Of a stretch of DNA of 64,000 nt, positions 25,742 to 38,500 are shown piece by piece. The stretch is from Paraglomus brasilianum (Eukaryota). Below the pieces are notes generated by a model, which made no database searches, was not told where the DNA came from, and worked only from the letters and a program-made list of their open reading frames with translations. Where the stretch lies: NCBI GenBank assembly GCA_910592345.1, contig CAJVPI010000023.1, forward strand, positions 1-64,000, read 5' to 3'. Position numbers and translations under genes: made by a program. Every line of letters begins with the position of its first letter. Positions within the stretch are counted from its first letter, which is position 1.

Positions 25742-26900
25742 ACAATGTAATTTATGCATTGAATTAAGAAAAATGAGGATTTTTTTGTGTGGTGAATGTG
25801 ACGAGAATGTTAATGCTAGTGTGAGATAGGGAATTTAGTATACAATTTGGTGTGAACTATGTGAGTAGGAGGGGGATGGTTCATGAATGAACTTTAAGGT
25901 AATAGCTGTAACAAGATTTATCAAGCAGAGGTTAGTTTTAAGATTTCGCTTGTGTGAAGATTTTAAATGGTATCACACTTGAGTGATTTTAGTTGTTATA
26001 TTACAAAACGTCACTATATTGATTGTGTATTGTGTTGTAAAAATGGTTTCTCTATTATTATGTTTGCAAAGAACAGATGATATCTCATCAACCAATTGTA
26101 GAATAAAGTACAACTTGTGATTATTCAGAAAGGGTTTGCTTTGTGGTTTTGAATTTAATGTTTGGTTTACTGTGTTTTATGATAAGGCTACGTTAATGAT
26201 GACGTTATTCCTCCTTAATTCTTAACTCCGATAGTGTCACAAGAATTTCTGATCATGTGTTGCCACTTTCACCGTAATATTCGCAGTCGTACATTCACAA
26301 ACATTTATCGATTAAATATAAGAAGCGCGACTTTAATATGGTTTTTTATAATTTTGGAAAGTCTCTAGATCGGTCATTTGTTCCAATTACGCTATTCACT
26401 TCGCCTCAAGGATGGAAGAGAAATCTCCTGCTCATGAAGCGGGCGTATTAACCTTAATTTGCTAGGTGAATGTCACTACCGCCAACAGGCAATATCCTTC
26501 ATATCCTGTAGCTTACCGATCCTCTTTTGTAATATAACCTGAGTTTCGGCTGAAATACATTATTCGTCCTCTGGTAAATTATTCGATATAGTCGAATCAC
26601 TAATCCATATATCGATTAGGAAGAAAGTATTCAACTTTATGCGTGACAATAGAAAAAATTTTATATCAGTTTGTAGCTTAGGTTATCTGCATGTAAGTTT
26701 GAATTTTGGAATAATGAGTTAATCAAAAAAGCTAATTGCAACAAAATTCAACTTCTATTTAGTATTGAGTTAGATGTCCATTATTCGAGATACATGTCTT
26801 AAATAATATCTTAATACGTTTTTTGTGCCACTGAGATCATTTATTGCTACATTCTAAATTATTTACTCAATCAGGTAATTCGAACGAAGATTACCTGGAG

Positions 26901-27098
26901 TTAACTTCTCTGAAAATCAAAAACTAAGAGTAGTTGAGTTAGTGATGATGACTTACTAACCTTCTCAATCCTGGTTCTTGTTCTCATGCCGACTACGAGG
27001 ATATTAAACAAGCTGAAAGGGCAATTTTCTATGTTTAATTCTTCCAACACTCCTGGGAAAGCGTTCTCGTTCAAACTTTGACCGGGGAATATTCTCAA
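26901..27098 (-). pseudogene. Possible Crinkler-type ubiquitin-like N-terminal domain relic
   Basis: GQSLNENAFPGVLEE resembles the G(E/Q)xxENAFxV motif of CRN N-termini; the rest is degenerate. Confidence 0.3.
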
Positions 27099-27459
27099 AA
27101 TTTAGTATTATTTTATTTCACAATATCACAACATTATAACATTCAACATGAATATTTGACGATGGAAGAAGAGCTACTTATATATCTTTTCTGTCACAAG
27201 AAAAACGACACGTTTCTATATAAATTATTATATTATGAAGAACAATTAATTTTAGCGTTTGTGCTGTCACATATTTTGCGACACGCTACTAAATTAATAT
27301 CTGTATTACTAAACTAAAATTAGTGCCGATCATGGGTTTGTTTAACTGCGGAGGAAGATTTTATCATGTGACTAACTTATCTGATTCATCAGATCAGCTT
27401 GCTGTAACACTTGCATTGCATACTTCTAAATTGCGAAATCAATTACGTTGGCTTCAGTA

Positions 27460-28276
27460 AGTTCCAAGTTATGTTCTCCAAATCTATGCAAGAACATGCT
27501 GATGCACAATATGGTCTTGGTTGGTATTATCAGCATGGAACTGGAGTAGAAGCAAAAACAGTTGAATGGTATCAAAAAGCTAAACAAGGATGTGCCTTGG
27601 CACAATACAAACTTGGTTGGTGTTATCAGCATGGAACTGGAGTAGAAGTAGATGAACAAAAGGCAGTTGAGTGGTATCTAAGAGCAGTTAACAGGGACAT
27701 GCTAAGGCACAATATAATCTTGGTTGCTGTTATAATATTGGAATAGGGGTAGAAAGAGATGAACAAAAGGCAGCTGAATGGTATTTCAGCACAACAATAC
27801 AGGGATATGCTGGTGCACAAAATAATCTTGGTTGGTGTTATCAGTATAGAAGAGGAGTGGAAAAGAATGAACAAAAGGCAGTTGAATGGTATCAAAAAGC
27901 AGCTAAACAGGGACATGCTAAGGCACAATACAACCTTGGCTGGTGTTATGATATTGGAATAGGGGTAGAAAAAGATGAACAAAAGGCAGTTGAATGGTAT
28001 CAAAAAGCAGCTAAACAAGGAGTTGCTAGGGCACAAAATAATCTTGGTTGCTGTTATCAATATGAAGCTGGTGTGGAAAAGGATGGACAAAAAGCGGTTG
28101 AATGGTACCAAAAGGCAGCTGAACAAGGGAATGTTGATGCACAAAATAATCTCAGTTTGTGCTATCAGTATGGAATTGGAGTGGAAAAGAATGAACAGAA
28201 AGCAAATCTGCTACGCCAAAAGGCAGATGAAGAAGGATACATTAAGGCACAAAATTTGATTTATTTTAACATATAA
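27460..28276 (+). pseudogene. Sel1-like repeat (SLR) gene, frameshifted and 5'-decayed paralog of 30061-31362
   Basis: SLR units (AQYNLGWCY.xGxGVEKDEQKAVEWYQKAA) are split over several frames by short deletions. The 5' part aligns to PSNVIQNYAK of the intact copy but lacks its ATG. The C-terminus YIKAQNLIYFNI* is shared. Confidence 0.85.
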
Positions 28277-28654
28277 TGATAAAAAGTAAAGTTATAAATA
28301 ATTAAGTTAATTGTATTAATGCAAAAACTGACGGAAAACTTTTATTCCATGTAGTTGGTAAATTAATTGTAATAGCCGATTTTGCTATTTATTATGGAAT
28401 TATTTGATTTGTCAAAAATTCACTTTGGATCGGGTGACAAGTTGGGGTATTTTGCAGCGCTAAAGTGATAAATTCGAATGGTGATATAAAATTCATTATA
28501 TAAACAACCTTGGAAAAAGTAAGCTGGTTACTGTTGAAAGGTAAAACTGAAAGTGGACTACTCCCTGGGGTGGCTTCATCTCTTATGATATCCGTTATTT
28601 ATTATTGGAAATTTTGTTGTATTATTGTTATCATGTTTTGTCTTTTATTTTGAT

Positions 28655-28892
28655 ACCGATACTTTGATATAAGAATCCTAGTGACTAACCCTAATTGATG
28701 TTACATTGTAAGATTAACAAGCGTATTCGTTATCATATAATTCTCTGAGTTGATACTTTGCATGTAAGAATCCTTGCAATTAACAAACCGTAGCTGAGTA
28801 TTCGATCATTGATACTTTGTCGTAAGATCTTGGCGACTAACAATCGAGGCGTGAGAAGTATTTGATTTAAGAAGACTGCGACTATAAGACCT
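28655..28892 (+). repeat. Degenerate short tandem repeat (GATACTTTG..TAAGAATCCT..GACTAAC) x3-4
   Basis: Copies near 28659, 28752 and 28811, with a weaker one near 28858. Confidence 0.5.
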
Positions 28893-30060
28893 TGTGTTTA
28901 ATACGTTGTAGTAAAAACGATGTATAGCACCGAGAGTTTAATATACTCGTTAAAAGATTGATACTCAATTGATACAACAAAAAGTTATTGTAATTATTTC
29001 GTCAATGAGGGCCAAAATGTTTGTAGAGTAATGGAGCCATAGAGACACGAAGCGAAATACGGATACTCTTGATGAAAATCCAATAAGAGCATTACAATAG
29101 AAAGAGAAATATTAGTTGGAAAAGTTGGAAAATTACGTATAATATTGGATCGATTGCTAACGAAGTTTATGACAAAATCTAGTAAGCAAGGTGGTTACAA
29201 TTACGGTGTTGGATTTCCTATTAGATATTCATTTCAGAACAAGAGTTAAAACCCCAGTCTTGTTTGAACCATTTTACATGAGCAAAGTTGAACTTACAAG
29301 CGTCGTTTTATAACTAATTTCTAACTAGCCCAGTATAATTAATCCAATAAAAATACCTGGCAGTTTTTCGGACGTTAGAGCTGCGGAATGATCATCCTGT
29401 ACTACTCTATCAGCAATCATTTGATCATTCCGCCGCCGTTTACACTAGCACTGCGAGAAAATGTATAGACATGTTTCCATAAAGAGCATGATGCTAAGGT
29501 GTATTCTCTGGGGTTAATTATTAAGTGCTACAGATTCATTCTATCCAACATTATATTTATCAATAACAGACAGGTTTGCATTTTTGACTTTAGTATTATT
29601 AGTATTACGCTTTTTCTATTTCCTGTCCTTTCTTTCTTGGTCCATCATAAGCTGTATCATTTTTCATTCATAATAAAATTTTTATCGCAAGAACTTTGGT
29701 ATTGTTACGAATTCGCACTTCCGTTGGGGTTTGGGAGAGCATAATTTATCTGTGTTTGCAAACCGGGATCGTTTAGAGTTTTCTCATGTTGTTGCTATTC
29801 ACCCACCGCGCGTGATTGTGTTATTATTATTAAATAATCCGATTTGTAGACACTTAGAATAATAATAAAGGATCGTATTCTGTTCAGGAATGTAATATTA
29901 TTTCAACGTTTTATGAAAATGAAATTATGACGATGGAATTTTACCATGTGACTTGCTTGATGCACATCAGATTGCATCACATATTGATATCACAGTATCT
30001 GTGGGAAAATATGCACTAGAAAGTTCAACTTTCAACCAATACTAACCAATTGTAACAAAA

Positions 30061-31362
30061 ATGTCATCCACTACTGCTATTTCTGGGAATGATAATGAGC
30101 CAGTTCCAAGTAATGTTATCCAAAACTATGCAAAAGTAGCTGAACAAGGAGATGCTGATGCACAAATTGGAGTAGTATTAGAAAAAGATGAACAGAATGC
30201 ATTTGATATTGAATGGTATCAAAAAGCAGCTAAACAGGGACATGCTGAGGCACAGCACAATCTTGGTTGGTGTTATGAAAATGGGATTAGAGTACAGAAA
30301 AATGAACATAAGGCAGTTGAATGGTATCAAAAAGCAGCTGAACAAGGACATTCTAGTGCACAATTTGATCTTGGTTGGTGTTATCAACATGGGATTGGAG
30401 TAGAAGAAAATGAACAAAAGGCAGTTGAATGGTACCAAAAAGCAGCTGAACAAGGAGATGCTGATGCACAGTATAATTTTGGCTACTGTTGTGATAATGG
30501 AATTGGAATAGAAGAAGATGAACAAAAAGCAATTGAATGGTGTCAAAGAGCAGCTGAACAAGGACATATGATTGCACAATTTGATCTTGGTTGGTGTTGT
30601 GAAAGTGGAACTGGAGTGGAAAAAGATGAACAAAAGGCTGTTGAATGGTATCAAAAAGCTGCAGAACAAGGATTTGTTGGTGCACAATTTAATCTTGGTT
30701 GGTGCTATGAAAGTGAAACTGGAGTAGAAGTAGATAAACAAAAGGCAGTTGAGTGGTATCAAAAAGCTGCTAAACAAGGACATGCCAAGGCACAATATAA
30801 TCTTGGTTGGTGTTGTCAGCATGGAATTGGAGTAAAAAAAGATGAACAAAAAGCAGTTGAATGGTACCAAAAAGCAGTTGAACAAGGAGATGCTGATGCA
30901 CAATATAAACTTGGTTGGTGTTATCAGCATGGAACTGGAATAGATAAAAATGAACAAGAGGCTATTGAATGGTATCAAAAAGCAGCTAACCAAGGAAATG
31001 CTAGTGCTCAATTTAATCTTGCTGTATGTTATGATTGCAGAATTAGAATTGGAGTAAAAGATGAACAAAAGGCTGTTGAATGGTATCAAAAAGCAGCTGA
31101 ACAAGGACATGCTAGGGCACAAAATAATCTTGGTTGCTGTTATCAATATGGAATTGGAGTGGAAAAAAATGAACAAAAAGCAGTTGAATGTTACCAAAAG
31201 GCAGTGGAACAGGGAAATACTGATGCACAAAATAATCTTGGTTTGTGTTATCAGTATGGAAGAGGAGTAGAGAAAAATGAACAGAAAGCAACTAGGCTAT
31301 ATCAAAAGGCAGCTGAAGAACAATACATTAAGGCACAAAGATTGATTTATATTAACATTTAA
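30061..31362 (+). CDS. Sel1-like repeat protein (433 aa; 10 full 36-aa/108-bp repeats plus partial ones; no kinase, no signal peptide)
   Basis: Repeated GxAxAQxNLGWCYxxGxGVEKDEQKAVEWYQKAAEQ in a single open frame. Confidence 0.93.
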   Translation: MSSTTAISGNDNEPVPSNVIQNYAKVAEQGDADAQIGVVLEKDEQNAFDIEWYQKAAKQGHAEAQHNLGWCYENGIRVQKNEHKAVEWYQKAAEQGHSSAQFDLGWCYQHGIGVEENEQKAVEWYQKAAEQGDADAQYNFGYCCDNGIGIEEDEQKAIEWCQRAAEQGHMIAQFDLGWCCESGTGVEKDEQKAVEWYQKAAEQGFVGAQFNLGWCYESETGVEVDKQKAVEWYQKAAKQGHAKAQYNLGWCCQHGIGVKKDEQKAVEWYQKAVEQGDADAQYKLGWCYQHGTGIDKNEQEAIEWYQKAANQGNASAQFNLAVCYDCRIRIGVKDEQKAVEWYQKAAEQGHARAQNNLGCCYQYGIGVEKNEQKAVECYQKAVEQGNTDAQNNLGLCYQYGRGVEKNEQKATRLYQKAAEEQYIKAQRLIYINI

Positions 31363-33957
31363 TAATTAAAAACAATGCAAAGTACTAGTATAAACATTTA
31401 TTATATGATAAGTAGCGGTAAATAATTATCATATAACATGGGGATAAATTAAAAATTTCTGGAATTTCAAACTTGCTGATTAATTTATTGTAAATGACAA
31501 CGGATTAAAACTTCTGTAATAATTATCAATAAATAAACTTGTATTTAGATACCATAGTGAATGAAGTTGCAAGTTTATTTGGTGGCGGCGAAGGAATTGG
31601 TGAGCATCGAATTATGCTACTTTCAAAGTTCTGCGAAATAACGAAATACGTTTGCGAGCCGGCCATATCTATCAAGCCTTATTACTATTACATGTTATAC
31701 TTGGCTTAAGAAACGACCATGACCGATTACATATATAACCAATTATGAAACAAACGTATTAATCCGCTAGCTGTACATACGGAAATCCATCCGCTGATGC
31801 AGTAACGATGTTTGTATAATATCAGAACATTGCTACGACGCCAAATCTCTTCCGCAAAATTCTACTCACATAATGTCTTGGGTATCTTGTAAGTCAACCT
31901 CCAATTAATTGCGAAGAATCTCAATGGCGACTAGGGAAAGGTACGAGCAGTATTGATATTACAATAACAATATCTCAAGACTTACAGGCAAAAGTTTATT
32001 AAAACATCATCATTTGAATTCATATTTCAAGCAAGACCTAAATAAAGGAAAAGAGAGGGTTCATCTATATGAAACAAAGATGTCGAGGATAAAAGCAATC
32101 ACGGCACACCTTCGTATAGACGAGACCGAACCAGCAAGCCTGCCACAAAACAATCGAACACCTGTCAGCGCTCAATCCGCGACTACCTCACCTTATCTTC
32201 AACAACAATTCTCATTTTGGACTGCTACCATCTCATTCTAGCTGCGTCTAAAGAAAGAGATCATCAAGAAGACAAGCATCGCGGCGCGTTTAAATCTCGT
32301 CTGTCCAGTCACAGTCTTTTTAGATCCATGTCTAGTGTGTAGATTATTTTCTTCCTTGAACGTTATTCGTAACATCCTTCATGAATCGTAAATATATAGT
32401 GATGATACATTCGCGGACAATTCGGAGACTGGAGGAGGAACGCATAGAAAAAGATTAGTCAGATATAGCTCATTACCTATCTGCCAGTATTAAAAACAAT
32501 GCATCATTTTCAAACGTTTTATTTTGGTGTCGGATACGATATTTATAATATTATTCTGCTTACAATGATTTTGGAGTTCCATTGATCTAAACGCAAAAAT
32601 TTTCGCCGGACGTCGACCTCGTTGTATGGGATCTGATTATTAATTTCCACGGTTTTGATAGATTATTGAGAACAGCCAAGTTTCCGTGACCCTTCAAGGT
32701 TATTCTCAAAGAATTAGCGAACCTTTAGCTAACATCTGCAAGAAACATTAAACGACTTTGTCATTCCTTTCTTCTTAACGTATGAGACATAGTTACTTTC
32801 TATGGACTCTTTCCCATCAAATGCCACCCAGAGGAACTAGTCGGTGATCAAAAGTAGTGCGCGCAAATATACGTACGAGAAAATGCAGGCTTTGATTTTC
32901 AAAGTATTGATTGCAAAGGATAAGATGAAAGGCGAACGAAGAATTAACACATTGTATAGATAAATCATATCGAGTACGAACGGAGTAACCATGAAAAATA
33001 CTTGCCATCGTCAAGTACTAGTGAATAGATAGCAAACATGTAGAAAGGGTTGCCATAGCCGTGACCGAAAGTTCATCGTTTTTTCAATCGCGTTTTTTCC
33101 CAGTCTTAACGAGATGATCTTGATTCGTCAGTCATATTTATCGGACCTGGCTGTAAGACAGGGTTTGAAAAATATCATAACCGACATGCAAAAATAACTA
33201 AATCGGAAATCAGAAATGAAGTAAAAAAATCACGTCATAATGTACCTTGTTACTCAGCTCAATATTGACTCGGTACATGCACAAATATATCAAATTCCAC
33301 GATTCCCATGTCGTGCTTCTCGTATTGAATAGGAAATCGCACATTCTCTCGGCGTATTTTTTTTTTGAGATGTTGCACAGAAAATACCCCGCCCCTATTG
33401 CTACAATAATGGACACTCCGCCGGATTTACGGTAGCCCGAATATTTTACGAATCATTTCCTTTTTGACAAGTAAATGTAATCACGCGTAAACTGATTCGC
33501 ACCGCCGAATTTACAGTCTTCAGGTCCGAGTAAGTACAGTATAGTCGGTGTATGATGAAAGTGTTTCCCATGACCCATGATCTCCCATATATAAACATAT
33601 CACTCAACATTTTGCCATATACTGTTGTTTATTTTATCACTCTCTGAAGGTAGCTTATATGATAAAGATATAATTTAATATCCCGCGCGCATGCTTCAAT
33701 AAAACCTTAATCTTTCGTAATTTATAAAAAAATTATTTTTTTTTTCAGTATTTTTTGTATATGTGTAGTTTGTCTTAGTATTTAAACCTAAAAAGAGGCG
33801 TAAACCATGGTAGTGAATATATAACATAAAAGATGTTATGCATATCAAAGAAAAAAATTTTTTGTATAATTAAAAAGTAAAGAAAACCATGGCCCATAAA
33901 CACCTCCTCCGACAGGAATACCAATCAATTCCATGCTAAGTCAACCAAATCACAACA

Positions 33958-35556
33958 TTAAAATTTAGTCGCCTCCCTTTGATCAACTAAGATCTCTTTC
34001 TGTCCCTTTTTTGCCGTCGTTTCCAATTCCCGTTGTACCCAGAATCTACTGCATTTCATTTCGTAGTCAGCATCTTTCAACTCCTTGAGACATTCCTTCC
34101 AGAACTTTGGAAATTCTTCTTCGGGCATATTCTGTGCTTTTGCTATGTGAGGTCCAATAGTGTTCAACATGAACATGCTGACCTGTTCAATATAGATATT
34201 ACCGAGCTTTCCGCCACGTGGACCAAGTAAAAAGGTTCGCGTGTCATGATGGATTGGAGTAGATGGAAAAAAGAGAGCAAGGAATGAAGGAAGATGCTCG
34301 CTGATATTAGGAATTACTTTACGACGAGCAGAGAGCTCGGCAACTAAAAGATTCGAAAATATGAGATCCATAGTGTCGAGACAAAACAAAATAGACGAAG
34401 ACTATAAATGCTTACATGTTTTCGTCAGTAGGCCCAAATTTGGCCCATCTACAAATTTGCTTTGATCCATTTCGGCAATCTATAAATTGAACTCATCAGA
34501 TATGCATCACCGATGAGAAAACAAGTCGAACTGAAAGATCAAATATTTTTACCTCAAGCCAACCACCGGGTCGCAAAACTCTAAAATCATCAACACAGGT
34601 TTATGTTAGTTTAGATTGTGTAATTACTACAAGATTTCATGTGAATTTCCCGTCCCCAACAAGTACGCCAAACTTATAAATCAATGGGCTGTAGATTTCC
34701 AATTTACACACGCGCATATGGATGTCTCTCTCATTAAGAAGGTTGTTTAGTCTGTTCGAAAGCATAACAAAATCAATCCTATATATGTGCGGGTATGGAC
34801 TGGAAATCCATATACAAAAACAAAACACAACAACTCTATACAACCCCTCGCTTTATTCCCTGCGTAATATTGTCGACACTCACCTAAACAATTCCTTTAA
34901 TACCACGGGCCATTGGTCCGCAGAAAGACACCAATTCAGCAAACTGATGCGAATATAGTCGAAATATTGACTGTCGAACGGAACTCTGTCGGTAAGATCG
35001 GCTAAAACGAATTTTAAATTGACGGGTTTGATTTCGGAAGGGAATACGGGTTGGGTATCGACTCCATAAAAATCGACGGTCTGGTTTTCAGAGGCCATCT
35101 CGAGAAGCCAAGTACCTGGACCACAACTGTAGAAGAATTGTGCAATTAGTTTATAGTTTTGTTGGGTGAACTAGATCGTAGAGTATTGGCTAATGGTTAT
35201 TCATATGACGACTAATCACGATCCTCTCTTATCACTTTGTTCAATCGTTTTCTTGGTTTCTGCTTTATTAGTTTTTCAGTGCTCTATCAGTGCTTTACAT
35301 TAATCCTCCTGCCTATACTATTTTCTAATACTTACCCGGCATCGAGCACTCTTAATTTATGCTCTTTGAGATGTTGCTTTATCGGGGCCGAATAATTACT
35401 CTCCCATACATGCTGTAGAAGAAAATGCTGCATTTGTAGCCGGTCGATGTCCTCATTAGTACTTGGGAGATAGTAGGGTGTATGACTATCAAGCGATTGC
35501 GTCGGTACGTTATTTGAGGCTTTTTTTCGCAATTCCGCAGATGAATTGTTTCCCAT
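33958..35556 (-). CDS. Class I SAM-dependent methyltransferase (LaeA/TdiE-like family), 5 exons
   Basis: Exons 35556-35336, 35126-34884, 34580-34553, 34479-34416 and 34343-33958 with GT-AG introns. Motifs YYLPS..EDIDRLQMQHFL, VLDAGCGPGTWLLEMA, FYGVD, PFDSQYFDY, ELFRVLRPGGWLE. Confidence 0.92.
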
Positions 35557-38500
35557 TCTTTATAGTTGACGATGTTTGAATGGTCAAACAGGAAATATGT
35601 GTGAAAATAAGGAGAGTAATGGAATAAAGAAAGGGAAGCTGTTAATAAATAATAAGATAAGGTAAGGGATAGAAAGAATTAGGGATAATATATGAACGAT
35701 ACAATATGTATCGGTTTAGTGAAGTTGATTGAATTGGCAAGGATTGATTAAAAGAACGTGGATAGTTAATAACTGTGAATTAACAAATGTTGATTGTAGT
35801 AATTAAGGAGTGTCGGAACGTTGTATAGCCGTCGAGAAGAAGGTAGCATAAATTGACAAAGTTGAGTAATAAGTGATGGGGGTAGTTTTAAAAAGAATGG
35901 ATCGTTCCTTATTTTCGGGTTTTTAGTTACAAATATATCTGTACTCTCTTTTTAGTATTTTTTTTTTCTGCCGAACATATAAATAAACTTTACTTCTAAC
36001 CAAATTAAGCGAATTAATTTAATATTGGTGGTTTTAAAATAATCTATGATTGTAACATCGATATATATTATACGAGGAAAATAGGCAAAACGGGATCGTT
36101 ATTAGTCAAGAGTATATGATGTGATCATATAATACAGCGCACAGACGTTGGGAGCATCTTGTCGGAGTTTCACAAATACATGTGTCAGTCGGTTATTAAT
36201 AAAACAGGTCTTCTAATAAGAAGTTTCGGAGTTTCAATATGGATGCAACATCTCCATCTCAAATGTTTAATATCTATATTTTTGTGGTGAACATCAGACG
36301 CACGATCAATAGGACAATCGAGGATCGGGTAATCGACAATGTTGCTTTGGTTAGCATGTTTTTTTTGACCTAATATCGACGGCTGCAATCAAGTTTACTT
36401 GGGTTATTAGTGATTGCTTCGTATAGAATAGTGGGGGCAAATTACCTATCAACGAGGCCACTACTTATTTAGGTTTATGGAAACCCAAGCGAAAAATAAT
36501 TTTCACTTGGCTATAACCGTAAAATTTATATAGTGACCTAAATTGGTGCTGATTGTTTATTTATGTTTTTGTTGTTCCATGTTTCCTGCATAAATTGAAC
36601 TTAAAATATACAAATCCAAATGTGATTTGACGACTAGTCAATAGATTAGTTTTGTGCGTTTGTTATACTGTCATCATTTCTAGGCAACTTATCGCATCGT
36701 ATAACAGTTCCTAATTAATTAGTAATATACCCAACTAAGCCCTCTATCATCTAACAAGTTACGTGGCCGGGTTGTTCAGTTTCTTGTGTTTTAAGTAACA
36801 AACAACAAAAACAAACAATTTGTACCTAAGATATCATGTGAAGTGCATTTATTTGTATTAATTGATTATAAACAGATATTGTGATAATAAACAAAAAAAA
36901 AATGATTATCAAACGCAGATGTTGAACTGCGGGCCGCGTCTAGATAACGAGCATGGAAAGATGGCTAGCATTGGTTCATATTGGGTTTGAATTACAATCT
37001 TCTTATCATACCGTTCATAATACGCTCTATTCGAGTGGGGGGGGAATGAGAGGTTACTTTTTCTTTTTTTTTATCTGCATGTATATCTCTGCCTGGGGAA
37101 TGCAAACAATTGCTTTCAACAATACGGATGCAAAAATCGGCAGAATGACCAATTGACGAAGCACGAACCTTAATCGTATTAATATAATGATGACAAACGC
37201 TATCGCTACGACGATGTTCGTAAAACATGTATGTCTGATTAAGTAATTGCAGATAAAACGAATAATGAGAGCATCACTGCCATTATTAAAAAGCAATATT
37301 ATGAAAATTTGAAAAATTTGATCGCCGGTCATATCCTAAATGGGGTTGTTAGTATTAGGTTGAAATATAGCATATTTATCTATTGTACTGCAGTCGTCCA
37401 ATGAATGCTCAGTACTAAGAACTTGCAAGGGTTACTCACCCCCTGTTCAAAGCCTCAACTTCCTGGCCAAGTAAAAAGACTGCTTGTACTGACTGTGATG
37501 CATGCAGAAAGAACAACTGGAGTTCTCGAAGAATGATTGGTAAAGGATATAGACAGGAAGCTGCAATAATCACAAAGGGCAGGGTAAACATCGACACACT
37601 ATAAGCTTAAAGTGATACGATTAATGTATATAGCCCCATTTAGCGGCCAAGCCTTTTAACTCCACAACTGTCATCATTGATAATCACATTCGATCATCTC
37701 CCTGCATGGAAATAAACAAAGTAGTGATCAAAACATGTGATCTTGATTATGCCCCCCGTAAGAGCCCAGTCCAAGAAACTACAGGGGTATTATTCTTGCT
37801 TCAAAAAGTCTGGGCACCGTACATCCCCGCGCCAATATATTGTAAGAAAAAGAGACACTTAAATTAACTAAAGCCTGGTTATCGTCATGTATATTTTACT
37901 TGAATCTAATATATGGTTACAGTATTAAAAGGTCACATCGTAGGTGTGATGGCTCGTCAATTATTGATTGTAAAGAGCATTGTAAACTATAGTTGGTATT
38001 GTAATATAGGATGAAACAGTTTCCAGTTATATACATTGCCATCATCACAATATTACTGTCAATTGTCGATAACTCCCCTCCGGAACAAAAAAAAAAGATT
38101 CCGGGTTCTGCTGTTCGAATCATCCCCGGTTTTATGGCTACATAAACTTTAATCAAGGGATAATAATAAGGAGAACATTCTATCTACAATATATACCTTC
38201 TAGTCAATCGTTGGTAAAGGATTACCCGCAATATCGAAGGTTTGAAAGCCGTTGTCGGTCACACCCCACAAGCTCGTTGCGGGGATCTACATTAATCTTT
38301 CTGATCGACAAGATATTGGTCTGTTTTACTAATAAGTATCTTGTGCCACGGGAATTATGAGATTAGGATAGATTTTCCATGATTGTACAACATAGCACGA
38401 CTCTGTATTTTGCATAGTCATATGTTTTAAATATTGATATTTATTTTTAAACGGCTTACCTACTTAGATTAGCACGTTTTGGAAAGTTGGCTTGCATGCT

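Noticed and set aside
30178..31230. 350-aa hydrophobic antisense ORF (also 27626-28144)
   Set aside because: Shadow of the 108-bp Sel1 repeats; a stop-free antisense frame is simply propagated by the repeat.
31550..33050. Possible degraded gene or TE between the SLR gene and the methyltransferase (similar unassignable blocks at 37400-39500 and 56400-56950)
   Set aside because: Composition hints at decayed coding DNA, but no recognisable motif was found in any frame.
38095..38135. GTTCGAATC B-box within a CCGGG..CCCGG hairpin as a tRNA or SINE
   Set aside because: No cloverleaf, acceptor stem or A-box could be built.
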